A stretch of DNA of 64,000 bases from NCBI GenBank assembly GCA_963697675.1, contig CAVOOW010000011.1:9675-73674 (forward strand). The letters run 5' to 3'. The notes under the pieces are model-generated. The model searched no databases, was not told where the DNA came from, and worked only from the letters and a program-made list of their open reading frames with translations. Made by a program: the position numbers and the translations under genes. Source of the stretch: an uncultured Actinomycetota bacterium (GTDB lineage Bacteria; Actinomycetota; Actinomycetes; JACCUZ01). Position 1 is the first letter of the stretch, and the number at the start of each line of letters is the position of its first letter. This document shows positions 22,418-32,078 of the stretch, in pieces.

Positions 22418-23643
22418 TGGGCCTCCGCGAGCTCCACGCGGACTCCACCGATGATGCGCTGCAAAGCGTCCCTGACGACGTCGGTGTCGGAGTCGCGGAC
22501 GATGACGAACCCCTCGCCGAGGTAGTCCGACGCGGCCGGCTGTCCGGGCTGGGGCAGCTTGGCCTCGACGACGAGGTGCCCGATCTGCCTCTGCATCTCC
22601 TCGACCCCGTGCACAGCGCGGACCCGGCCTCGTCCTTGGCCCCGCAGGTAGGCCGTGCCCGCGGCGAACTGGCGGGCGGGCGGCTCGAAGCGCCCGAGGA
22701 TGACCAGCTCGGTCCATGCGCTGTAGAAGTCGATGTCATGCACGTAGCCGAGCATTGAGCTGAGCTGTGCGCCAGGCGGTCGGGCGGCAACCTCCGACAC
22801 AGCGACCGATCCGTCCGGGCGGCGGAACCACTCCATGTGGGTGAACGCATCCTTCACCCCGAGCGCCCGCAGCGCGGCGGGTCCCAACTGGTGAATGCCT
22901 TCGTACTCCGGCCCATCGATGTCGCGTGGCAGCAGCACCGTCCACTGCATCCACGGGTTGCGCAGCACGTCCAGCGGCGGTGGCCGGTAGTCCGCGACGG
23001 ACGCCCACACGGTCTCGCCACCCACGGTGACGCTGTCGTAGGTGTGCTCTTCGCCGACCAAGAACTCCTCGAGCAGGGCCGGGTCATCCGGGCTCGGCGG
23101 CAGCGCCTGCAACCAGCCCCGCAACGCACCGGGCTCGTCGAGCCGGTAGGTCGACTGTGCGCCGGCGCCCGCAGGCGGCTTCGCGACGAGGGGGAAGCCG
23201 ACGGCGTCGGCGAAAGCCAGTGCTTCGGAGGGATGCCGGATCAGTTGGTGCCTGGCGCACGGCAGCCCGGCGTGCTGCAGCACCGTCTTCATGCGGGCCT
23301 TGTCGCGGACGTTGAGCGCGGTCGGCACGTCCATCCCCTCGATGCCGAGCACCTCGCGTACGTGGGCGAGCGGCACCTGGAGCTGCTCCAGCGCACCGAC
23401 GATCCTTTCGACTCGCCCCATCTGACGTCCCAGACCCGTGACCGCCTCCGCGATCTGGCGAGCGTCGAGCGCGTCGTCGACCCGCCAGTGCCCGGCGAGC
23501 TGTTCCTTCAACTGTGGGGACAGCCGTTCCGCAGGCTCGGACGTGATCAGCCCCAGTTGGACACCCGGGAGCCGCGCCGCCGAGCCAACGAACCGCGCGG
23601 TCGCCTCGAGCAGGTAGGGCGCGACGAACGCTGCGACAACCAT
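22414..23643 (-). CDS. ATP-grasp domain amide/ester ligase (copy 2)
   Basis: Starts MVVAAFVAPY 7 nt after TAACGT (leaderless); VRDKARMK, VAKPPAGAGAQST, LEEFLVGEE, FTHMEWF, EVAARPPG. Confidence 0.9.
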   Translation of the reverse strand: MVVAAFVAPYLLEATARFVGSAARLPGVQLGLITSEPAERLSPQLKEQLAGHWRVDDALDARQIAEAVTGLGRQMGRVERIVGALEQLQVPLAHVREVLGIEGMDVPTALNVRDKARMKTVLQHAGLPCARHQLIRHPSEALAFADAVGFPLVAKPPAGAGAQSTYRLDEPGALRGWLQALPPSPDDPALLEEFLVGEEHTYDSVTVGGETVWASVADYRPPPLDVLRNPWMQWTVLLPRDIDGPEYEGIHQLGPAALRALGVKDAFTHMEWFRRPDGSVAVSEVAARPPGAQLSSMLGYVHDIDFYSAWTELVILGRFEPPARQFAAGTAYLRGQGRGRVRAVHGVEEMQRQIGHLVVEAKLPQPGQPAASDYLGEGFVIVRDSDTDVVRDALQRIIGGVRVELAEAQ

Positions 23644-23673
23644 GCGCGGGACGTTACTCGTCGGGGTCGGCCG

Positions 23674-23773
23674 CGGACCAGGGCAGGCGGGGTACCGGAA
23701 CCGACCCCGGACCAGGGCAGACGCGGTACGGAGCCCGCCCCGGACCAGGGCAGACGCGGTACGGAGCCGGTCC
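23674..23773. repeat. Three tandem ~33-bp repeats in the divergent promoter region
   Basis: CGGACCAGGGCAGRCGSGGTAC(C)GGARCC units start at 23674, 23708 and 23741. Confidence 0.85.
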
Positions 23774-23799
23774 CGGCCGGCAGGACTAGCATGCCGGTC

Positions 23800-25023
23800 G
23801 TGAATGTGGTCTTCGTCGAGCCCTTCTTCCCGCCCACCCAGCGGCACTTCGTCCGCGCGCTGGCCGAGGTCGGTGCGAACGTGATCGGCGTGGGGGAGTC
23901 CCCGACCGAGATGCTCGATGAGCAGCTCAAGAGCTGGATGTCGCACTACCACCAGGTCCCCACTGTGGTCGATGTCGCAATCCTGACCGACGCCATCCGC
24001 TGGATCCAGGACAAGCTCTGGGTCGACCGCCTCGAGACCACGATCGAGGCGCACACCATGTCGGTGGCCCAGGTGCGGGAGAACTGCACGATCCCCGGGA
24101 CATCGGTCCACACGGCGTGGCTGTGCCGGGACAAACCTTCGATGAAGGAGGCGTTGCGGGCCGCCGGTGTGCCAACCGCGGCGTCCATGGCCGCAGACAG
24201 CGCGGAACAGGTCCTGGCCTTCGCCGATGCGGTGGGCTACCCGCTGATCCTCAAGCCGCGCTCGGGCGCCGGCGCTCAGGACACGACCCGAGTAGACAAC
24301 AGCGCAGAGTTGGCGACCGCCCTCGGTGCCTTCGGAGGGCAGGGGACGCGCTCGATCGCGGTCGAGGAGTTCGTCGAGGGTCACGAGGGCTTCTACGACA
24401 CGTTGTCGGTCGAGGGGCGGCCCGAGCTCGACTTCGTCTCGCACTATTTCCCCAACGTGCTCGACGCGATGCGCACTCGATGGATCTCGCCTCAGTTCAT
24501 CTCGACGAACCGGGTGGACACGGAAGGCGACTACGTCCAGCTGCGCGAGATGGGGCAACGCGTGAACGAGGCCTTGGGCATCGGTACGACCGCCACGCAC
24601 ATGGAGTGGTTCTTCGGTCCCAAGGGTCTGCGCTTCTCCGAGATCGGCTGCCGTCCGCCAGGTGTCGGGGCGTGGGACCTCTACTCCGCCGGGAACGACA
24701 TCGACGTCTACCGCGAGTGGGCGAATGCGATCGTGCACGGCAACGTCGGCGCGCGACCGTCGCGACGCTTCGCCACGGGCATCGTGGCGTTGCGGCCCGA
24801 CAACGACGGACAGATCACCGGCTACTCAGGTGTCGACGAGGTGCAGAGCCGATCGGGCGAGTGGGTGATCGACGCGCACCTGCCGTCGCCCGGCACACCG
24901 ACGCAGCCACCAGCTGCGGGATACATGGCGAATGCGTACGTACGGATGCGCCACCCGGACTACGACGTGCTGCGTGGCTTGCTCGATGACGTGGGCCGCA
25001 CTGTGCACGTGCACGCAGGGTGA
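23800..25023 (+). CDS. ATP-grasp domain amide/ester ligase (copy 3)
   Basis: GTG 7 nt after TAGCAT gives MNVVFVEPFFP, paralleling copy 1; CRDKPSMK, ILKPRSGAGAQDT, VEEFVEGHE, THMEWF, EIGCRPPG. Confidence 0.9.
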   Translation: MNVVFVEPFFPPTQRHFVRALAEVGANVIGVGESPTEMLDEQLKSWMSHYHQVPTVVDVAILTDAIRWIQDKLWVDRLETTIEAHTMSVAQVRENCTIPGTSVHTAWLCRDKPSMKEALRAAGVPTAASMAADSAEQVLAFADAVGYPLILKPRSGAGAQDTTRVDNSAELATALGAFGGQGTRSIAVEEFVEGHEGFYDTLSVEGRPELDFVSHYFPNVLDAMRTRWISPQFISTNRVDTEGDYVQLREMGQRVNEALGIGTTATHMEWFFGPKGLRFSEIGCRPPGVGAWDLYSAGNDIDVYREWANAIVHGNVGARPSRRFATGIVALRPDNDGQITGYSGVDEVQSRSGEWVIDAHLPSPGTPTQPPAAGYMANAYVRMRHPDYDVLRGLLDDVGRTVHVHAG

Positions 25024-25096
25024 GCGAGCCTGCGAGCTCACGATCAGGCGCAGTGTGGTTGCGAGCGCGGCTGACGAGCGCCAGCGAGGAGGTCGC

Positions 25097-26032
25097 GTGA
25101 GCCCTGCCCGCCGAGTCATCACGATATTGGGCCCACAGCGTCGGCCGACTCTGGACAAGGTGGTTCGGGCGCTCGACGCCGACGCCCGGGTGGCCGTCGT
25201 CACCGCTGGTTGGCAGGAGCGCGAGTCAGACGACGGGGAGCTGCAAAGGCTGTTGGGGGGGCGGGGCGTCAACCTCGAGCTGCATCATCGCTGGCTCGAC
25301 GTCCTCGAACGCGACCGCGAGTTCGCGAGGGCCGAGTCGGAGCACCGCGCGGTCCTCGACGAGCTGCAGCAGCTCTACCTCGTGCAGGTCGATCACGCCC
25401 TTCGAGCGATGTACGCCGTCCTGCAGCGTGCCGATCAGCGGCCGCGCACCTTCAGGGCGGCCCAGGATGACGCGATGGCTGTCGTACGCCTCGTCGACGA
25501 ACGGCACCTCGTGCGAGTCGCGGCAGCGCAGGAGCAGTTCTACTCTGGCTGGCGCCCGGAGGAACGACCGGTCGTTGCACCACACCGGGAGGCGGTGCGG
25601 CAGGTGCTCGAGCCGGCGACCGGTCTCGTCCTCGCCGGCGGCCACGTCGGGGTGCTGGTGCGCCTACTGCACCTCTTCCATGTGGCACCGTTCGTCCCAG
25701 AGCGGGTGGTTGCTTGGTCTGCGGGGGCGATGGCGCTGACCGAGCGGATCGTCTTGTTCAACGACCGCGCACCCCAGGGACCAGCCCACGCCGAGATCTA
25801 TGACGAGGGGCTTGGGATGATCTCGGGAACAGTGTTCCTGCCACATGCGCGACGACGGTTGCTGATCGACGACCTCACTCGGATGTCGGTGTTGGCCTCG
25901 CGGCTGGCACCGGCGGTGTGCGTGGTGCTTGACGACGGGACGCGCATCGACCTGAGCGAGGACGGTGGCCTGCCCGACGAGGCGCGTGTCATCGGCGCGG
26001 ATGGTCGCATCCGGAGCCTGGTCGCGGCGTGA
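25097..26032 (+). CDS. Peptidase S51/cyanophycinase-like class I glutamine amidotransferase-fold protein
   Basis: GAGGAGG RBS; VTAGWQERE, LAGGHV, AWSAGAM (Ser nucleophile), FLPHARRR. Confidence 0.7.
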   Translation: MSPARRVITILGPQRRPTLDKVVRALDADARVAVVTAGWQERESDDGELQRLLGGRGVNLELHHRWLDVLERDREFARAESEHRAVLDELQQLYLVQVDHALRAMYAVLQRADQRPRTFRAAQDDAMAVVRLVDERHLVRVAAAQEQFYSGWRPEERPVVAPHREAVRQVLEPATGLVLAGGHVGVLVRLLHLFHVAPFVPERVVAWSAGAMALTERIVLFNDRAPQGPAHAEIYDEGLGMISGTVFLPHARRRLLIDDLTRMSVLASRLAPAVCVVLDDGTRIDLSEDGGLPDEARVIGADGRIRSLVAA

Positions 26033-27195
26033 GCACCTCAGCTCCGCGCGTCGCGGGCCGGCTCGCAATCAACCGGCTGAAGGAGCGCAAGCCGCTCGAT
26101 GCAGCCGCCATCGACAGGTTTTTGGCGCGTCACGAGGTGCCGATCGTGGAAAGTGCTCGCTGCACGTTCCTGTTCCGTGGCGAGGCCGACGAGGTTCACC
26201 TGGTGCAGAGGATCCTCGGGTTGCCCAACCGGCTGCCTCTTCGGCGGCTTTGGGGCACGGACCTGTGGTACCTCGTGCTCGAGCTCCCCGAGGGATCGCG
26301 GGTGGAATACCAGATCGAGATCACTCGAGGTGACCATCAGGAGCGAATAAACGACCCGCTCAACGCGAAGCTGTCCCACAGTCCGATGGGCAGCTCTTCG
26401 GTCTGCTTCGCGGCCGGCTACACGACGCCGGACTGGGTCTTGCCGGATCCTGAAGCCAGACCGGGGGAGCTCACCAGCCTCGTACTGCGCAGCCGCGCGC
26501 TGCGTCGTGACTGCGAGGTCGGCGTCTACCTGCCTGCGCGTTTCCGCCGCACCGCGACCTACCCGCTGCTTGTCGTCCACGACGGCCAGGACTTTCTCCA
26601 CTACGCCGCAGCCAAGGTGGTGCTGGACAACCTGATCCACCGTCTGGACATTGCGGAGACGGTTGTCGCGTTCATCCACTCTGAAGACCGGCTCAACGAA
26701 TATGCGAACTCGACGGCGCACGCGCGCTTCGTCACTGACGAGCTTGTGCCGCAGCTGGAAGTCGACTTCCCCTTGGTGGGGAAACGGTCCGGACGTTGTC
26801 TGCTCGGTTCGAGCTTTGGTGCAGTAGCCGCACTGTCCGCCGCGAACCGGTCGCCGGACACCTACGGATCGCTCGTGTTGATGTCCGGATCCTTCGTGTT
26901 CACCGACATCGGCACCGACCACGGGGGCGGACCCGCGTTCGACCCCGTCGTGAAGTTCGTCAATCGATACCGAGCTCGACCGCGTCGAGTCGCCGACCGC
27001 GTCTTCGTCAGCTGCGGGGTCTACGAGCCGCTGATCATCCCCAACCGCTCGATGGTCCCGACGTTCGAGGCGGCCGGCATGGAAGTGCGGTACGTCGAGG
27101 CCCGGGACGGGCACAGCTGGGAGAACTGGCGCGATCGGCTGCGGGACGCTCTGTCGTGGGTCTGTCCCGGTCCCCAGAAACTGGTCTACGAGTAA
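26029..27195 (+). CDS. Enterochelin esterase (Fes)-like alpha/beta hydrolase with N-terminal Ig-like domain
   Basis: SRVEYQI..INDPLN, VYLPARF, LVVHDGQDF, GSSFGA, DGHSWENWR; GTGA overlap. Confidence 0.88.
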   Translation: MSTSAPRVAGRLAINRLKERKPLDAAAIDRFLARHEVPIVESARCTFLFRGEADEVHLVQRILGLPNRLPLRRLWGTDLWYLVLELPEGSRVEYQIEITRGDHQERINDPLNAKLSHSPMGSSSVCFAAGYTTPDWVLPDPEARPGELTSLVLRSRALRRDCEVGVYLPARFRRTATYPLLVVHDGQDFLHYAAAKVVLDNLIHRLDIAETVVAFIHSEDRLNEYANSTAHARFVTDELVPQLEVDFPLVGKRSGRCLLGSSFGAVAALSAANRSPDTYGSLVLMSGSFVFTDIGTDHGGGPAFDPVVKFVNRYRARPRRVADRVFVSCGVYEPLIIPNRSMVPTFEAAGMEVRYVEARDGHSWENWRDRLRDALSWVCPGPQKLVYE

Positions 27196-27282
27196 GCGAT
27201 CGGGCAGCCCGCTGCTTTCCTCATTGTGCAGGTTTATGGGGGATGTGCAGCAGCGGCCGCACGTGCAGACGGTCGCAACGGA

Positions 27283-28534
27283 ATGACTTTGCTCAATAGG
27301 GCTTTACACGGGCCGCCTCGCCTGATAGTCGAGTGGGGCGAGCTGGTTGCTCGGGCTGTGGAGCCTCGACGTCGCCTCTTGGGGGAAGGACATGGCGGAC
27401 ATCGAACGCCTTTGGCCGAGCAGTGGGCCGTGGATGCGTGGGTCAAGGCCGCGTCGATCGAGTCGCGCATGCGCGTGGCGAGTGCCGGCATGCCGGACGA
27501 CGCGAAACGACAGGCGAGTGTCGAAGCGATCGAGAGGCTGCTGAAAACGGCGCGCGCCGCCACCCAGCAGCGAAGGTGGCTCCACTGGCGAGGGATCTTC
27601 GACCGATGGCGCGGCACGTCCGTCGGGCGCGCGTACCAGAGCCTGCATGCGGCGGAGATCTTCCTGGTCGATCTCCTGCCCGATGAGGAGATCGACGCGC
27701 TCATCCCGAGGATCCTGGTCAGGGACACTACCGACGTGGACGGCGACGACCCGCGACGGGCGCAGATCGACCAGCTCCTCAAGGCGACGCCAAAGTCCAA
27801 GCGGGCGGCCGTGAAGAGTGCCCTCACATATTCCTACGACGTGTCGGACCAGGCCTATGTGCGCGTTCGGGACTTCCGCAACGTGATTCTCGTCAGCACG
27901 GCGCTGGTCACGGTCCTGATGTTCGCCTTCGTCATCTTGGTGGGACTGCACCCGAGCACGTCCCGTTCTGCTTCACACCAGGACAGACGACCGCCTCGAC
28001 CGACGCCGCCAGTGCTGCGGCCGCCGTGTGTCCCAGCGGGAAATCTGCACCCTCCCCGACGGACGTTCGGCTCATCGCCGGCCTGGGGCTGCTCGGCGGA
28101 GCCTGTCGGCCGCATTCTCCATCCGGAACATCCGCGGTACGTCCCTCCCCTACGGAATCCCGATCGCATTGTCCCTGCTGAAGGTGCCGAGCGGCGCGCT
28201 GACGGCGGTAGCAGCGATCCTCTTGCTGGGTGGAGACTTCATCCCTGGCCTGTCGGAGCTGGACTCTCAGCGACAGATCCTGGCCTATGCCCTGGTCTTC
28301 GGCTATGCCCAGCAGATCGCGACCCGCCTGCTCGACCAGCGGGCGCAAGGCATCCTCGAGAGCGTGCCAAGCAAGGAACCGGAAGCGGCCGGGTCCCGCC
28401 CAATCTGCGGGGTCCGAGATCGTCTCGACGGCCAGGTGCCTTTGCGAAGCAGACCGGCCGATGCCGATGGTGCCGCCCTCTCGAGGTCCACCAGCCGCCC
28501 AGGAGAGTGCAAGTGCTGTCCGCCGACGAGGTGA
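27283..28534 (+). CDS. Hypothetical multi-pass membrane protein (frameshifted)
   Basis: Helical N-region, TM RNVILVSTALVTVLMFAFVILVG, later TMs ..GIPIALSLLKVPSGALTAVAAILLL..QILAYALVFGYAQQ in ORF 28028..28534. Confidence 0.6.
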
Positions 28535-29289
28535 TCGACCTCGAGCCGGCAGGCTATCGCCGCCGAGCCCGTTGACCTCGTCGTTGCGGATGACGAAGAG
28601 GCGGTCGTCGAGCCGCCGGAGGGCTGGGATCCGGACGGGCACGAAGATCGTGACCGCAGCGCAGACGTGATCGTCAAGGGGTGATGAGTCGTGGTTTCCA
28701 TCAATGGGTTCCTCGTGTCCAGCGACCGTCGTCGGCTCCCACAGACTACGGTGACGGGCAAGCAAGCAACTCGAGGCGTGGGTTGCCGCGTCCGTCCTCG
28801 GCCGCTATCATCACGCTACCCGACTGCGCGACGTGATCGGGTACGCATGACATGTCGAGGTGGCACAACACCGTCGTTCCACTCGGCAGGGCTGGCCATC
28901 GATCTGCGCCTCGTTGTGCGGGCTTCAAGGACGGCAGCGCATATCCGACAGCTAGCATCTCGCTATGGCTGAGATGGGCGGCGACTATCGTTCCGAGCGG
29001 AGTGCCTGCGCGGGTCGTTGGGTCAGCCGGGCCATCACGCAACGTCGAGCGAGAGGTGTGCCCGAGGGGGTAAACGCCGCGACCAACTCAGCAGTGTCAG
29101 CATGTTCCAGATCGAACAAGAGGTTCGCCGAGAAGAGTCCCACTTCTCTACTTGACCCGTTGCGCACTTGCGCGCATTGTCAAGTCACGATCATCTGCTT
29201 GACCGCGCCCGCGCTGGCGTGGCGGCAAATGGCGGAATCCTTGTCGGCTGCTCTGCTCCCACGGGGAGAACAAACGGAATATGCGAGGC

Positions 29290-29617
29290 ATGGTCGTGAC
29301 ACAATCCCAGGTCCCCCAGCAGGCCGTCAGGGGCGACGAAGTGCTCCTTGGTGCCGACCTCGACATCGTCGACGTCGACGACGACCCCCGTGCCGTCGAG
29401 CATGCACCTCAGCGCCAAGACAACGCGACCGGCACGGACGCGCCGCAAGACGCCACGGGGGTCCCCGACTCAGGCATCGAGCTTGGTCCGCTCGTTGGCG
29501 ACGAGATCGACATCGCCGGCGTCGACGAGGACCCGCAGGCCACCGAGCATGCACTGCAGCGTCAGGACAACGCAAAAAAAAAAAAAAAAAAAAAAAAAGA
29601 CCGACGTAGACCGCTAA
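29290..29617 (+). CDS. Acidic two-repeat small protein (about 100 aa if the A25 tract is removed)
   Basis: Repeats GADLDIVDVDDDPRAVEHAPQRQDNATGTD and GDEIDIAGVDEDPQATEHALQRQDNA[TDVD]; GC-rich codon usage. Confidence 0.6.
29574..29598. repeat. Poly(A)25 homopolymer
   Basis: Directly visible; unique in this high-GC window. Confidence 0.95.
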
Positions 29618-29664
29618 ACGACCTCCAGGATCGTAGATCCGCACTCCTTTGGGGAGGAATCGCC

Positions 29665-30333
29665 ATGAGCCAAGCCATGACAGCCGATGAAATTCTGGCC
29701 GCCTTGGACCGCTGGAACGTTGAGGTCGTCAAGGTCCGTCGAGGGACGACCTCCTGGCGCAACCATCACCGGCCCCAGTCCACCGGTGCGTTCGGTGACA
29801 TGCACGGAATCCTCAATCACCACACGGGTCCGTTCTCGACGGTCCACGGAATGGTGGGACTGCTCTGGAACGGTCGATCTGACCTGCCCGGACCGCTCTG
29901 TCACGTTTCGACAGCCCCCAACGGCCGCCTCTTCCTCATCGGCTGGGGTGGACGGACAAACCACGCCGGTCTCGGCGGGCGCAATGTCATGCTGGCGTTG
30001 AATGACGAATCCGACCCTCCCCCGCCCGACGCCGACGCTGTTGACGGGAACGCCATCCTGTACGGGAACGAGGTGATGCATCCCGGGGACGCCTCGCCGT
30101 ACCCGGCAGCTCAGATCGAAGCAGCCGTCCGGTTCAACGCCGCCGTCTGCGAGCACCATGGCTGGAGCGCGAACTCCGCGCTGATGCATCGGGAGTGGAC
30201 CAAGCGCAAGACCGACATGTCATTCCGTAACCCAAACCCGGGCAAACACTTCCGTGAAGAGGTGGCGCGGGCGCTGGACGCCGGCCCAGACGCTTACCAC
30301 TTCGTCGACCGGATGGCGACCACGCATAAGTGA
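29665..30333 (+). CDS. Zn-dependent N-acetylmuramoyl-L-alanine amidase (Amidase_2, actinophage endolysin-like), catalytic domain only
   Basis: GGGGAGG RBS; GILNHHTG, GRSDLPGPLCH, NHAGLG, YGNEV, MHREWTKRKTD. Confidence 0.88.
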   Translation: MSQAMTADEILAALDRWNVEVVKVRRGTTSWRNHHRPQSTGAFGDMHGILNHHTGPFSTVHGMVGLLWNGRSDLPGPLCHVSTAPNGRLFLIGWGGRTNHAGLGGRNVMLALNDESDPPPPDADAVDGNAILYGNEVMHPGDASPYPAAQIEAAVRFNAAVCEHHGWSANSALMHREWTKRKTDMSFRNPNPGKHFREEVARALDAGPDAYHFVDRMATTHK

Positions 30334-30631
30334 AGACTCCGCCGACTTCAGGACTTGGTTCTGGTCGGTTGGCGGGTCGTGAGGTGCCACCACTGAGTCT
30401 TGGGCGGTAGTGAAGGCGGGGCGAATCCCGACGTAGCCGTCGTCGCCGTGCCTGTTGCCGTAAGCACCGATCAATAGTCGAACGCGTGTTGATGACGTGT
30501 CATCGATGTCACGTCTGATGTCAATTGCGCTGATTCCGAGATGTTGGCGGGGGAGCGGCGGCGTGCCTTCTCCGAGCCCGGAGTCCGCGTTCGGCCGACC
30601 ATGGAACGTTCCGTCGCGATACAAACGTGCG

Positions 30632-30675
30632 TAGCATGACAGGGCGAGTCAAGAAGCGCTGTCAAAGGAGTCAAG
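30632..30675 (+). promoter_or_regulatory. Promoter -10 TAGCAT overlapped by TGACA/GTCAA boxes
   Basis: GTAGCATGACAgggcgaGTCAAgaagcgcTGTCAAaggaGTCAAG upstream of the XRE-TPR gene; the same GTAGCATGACA occurs at 32293. Confidence 0.55.
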
Positions 30676-32078
30676 TGGCAATCACAGCCGGGGAGGCCTC
30701 CCCACCCGGGTTCGGTGCGCGGGTACGCGAGTTACGGATCAGTCAGGGGCTGGCCCAGTCGGACCTTGCAACCCACGGCCTCTCGCCCAGCTACGTCAGC
30801 CTGCTCGAGTCGGGCAAACGGGCTCCGACTGCGGCTGCCGTGGGCGCCCTCGCCGAGAGGCTCGGCACGACTGGGCGCTTCCTGCTGAACGGCGAGAACC
30901 CCGAGGACCGCGAGCGACTCCAGCTGAGCATCGCCTACGCCGAGATCGCGCTGCGCAACGGTGAGGCGCCGGAGGCGTTGTCGCATGCTCTTCGGGCAAT
31001 CGAATCGGCCGGCATGGCCTCACCGGATTTGCTGGCGCAGGCGCGAAAGCTGCACGCCCAGGCGTTGGAGGGCGTCGGCGACCTGGCGCTGGCCATCCGC
31101 GAGTTCGAGGCCCTGGCGGACGAGGCCCGCGACCAGGGCAGCGTCCTCGATGCGCTGCAGCTGACGGTCTCGTTGGCGCGCTGTTACAAGGAGCGCGGCG
31201 ACCTCGCCCATGCCCTTACTCTCGCCGAGAACGGGCTTGCCGAAGCCACCCGATACGACCTCGTTGGCACGGACGCCCACGCAGAGCTGGCGTCGGTGGT
31301 CATCTGGCTCTACACGCTGCGGGGAGACCTGACCAGGGCTGACGTGCTCGCCGACAGAATCCTGGCCCAGGTCGACAGTGCAGGCGGTCGGAAGGCGCGC
31401 GCCTCCGTGTACTGGAACGCGAGCCTGAATGCCGAAGCTCGCGGCGACCTCGAGAAGGCGTTCGTCCTTGCTGACCGGACGCGGGCGCTGCTTGCCGAGA
31501 ACGATGACGAGCGCGCAATTGCCCGCTTCCGCGTCGCCTACGCGTGGCTGCTGTTGCGCTGCGCACCGCCGCGCGCCGAGCAGGCTCACGAGATGCTCCT
31601 GACCTCTTTCGACTCACTGAGGGAATGCGGCTCCGAGGTCGACCTGGCTTACTGCGAGACCGAGTTGGCTCGCGCCAAACTGCTGCTGGACGAGCCCCGC
31701 GAAGCGATCGAGCTGGCTCGGGGCGCGCTCCGCCGGCTGACCGAGCCGTCGCATGAGAGCGCGCACGCCCGCATAGTCATCGCGCGCGCTCAGCTCGCGC
31801 TCGGTGAGCAGGCGACCGGTGTCGCCGAGTATCGAGCCGCCGCCTCTGAGCTCACCGACCTGAAGGGCGCAGAAAGGCAGGCGGCGGCCGCTTGGCGCGA
31901 GCTCGCCGACGCGTTCACCGGGCTGCGCCTGTTCGAGGATGCGGCCATGGCGTACCAGCAGGCGTTGGCAGAGGCGGGAGTCCCCGCGGCACCGGATGCG
32001 CGCTATCCGACGGATTCCGCCGCCCCACCGACTCCGCACAAGGCCAGCGGGGCGAAGTCGTCGGCGCGCAAGCGCTGA
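30675..32078 (+). CDS. XRE-family HTH + TPR-repeat transcriptional regulator
   Basis: AAGGAG RBS; FGARVRELRISQGLAQSDLA..LSPSYVSLLESGKRAP HTH, followed by about 380 aa of TPR-like helical repeats (ARASVYWNAS, LAYCETELARA). Confidence 0.88.
   Translation: MAITAGEASPPGFGARVRELRISQGLAQSDLATHGLSPSYVSLLESGKRAPTAAAVGALAERLGTTGRFLLNGENPEDRERLQLSIAYAEIALRNGEAPEALSHALRAIESAGMASPDLLAQARKLHAQALEGVGDLALAIREFEALADEARDQGSVLDALQLTVSLARCYKERGDLAHALTLAENGLAEATRYDLVGTDAHAELASVVIWLYTLRGDLTRADVLADRILAQVDSAGGRKARASVYWNASLNAEARGDLEKAFVLADRTRALLAENDDERAIARFRVAYAWLLLRCAPPRAEQAHEMLLTSFDSLRECGSEVDLAYCETELARAKLLLDEPREAIELARGALRRLTEPSHESAHARIVIARAQLALGEQATGVAEYRAAASELTDLKGAERQAAAAWRELADAFTGLRLFEDAAMAYQQALAEAGVPAAPDARYPTDSAAPPTPHKASGAKSSARKR

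Noticed and set aside
22414..25023. Overlapping 774-aa and 728-aa ORFs on opposite strands
   Set aside because: The extensions are antisense shadows of the divergent ATP-grasp genes in GC-rich DNA
29290..29617. Graspetide precursor for the nearby ATP-grasp enzymes
   Set aside because: The ligases resemble amino-acid-ligase/carboxylase-type rather than RimK/MvdD-type enzymes, lie more than 4 kb away in separate operons, and the peptide lacks a recognisable graspetide leader
29281..30333. 350-aa poly-lysine amidase as a single gene
   Set aside because: The fusion depends on the A25 insertion; the amidase has its own RBS and ATG at 29665
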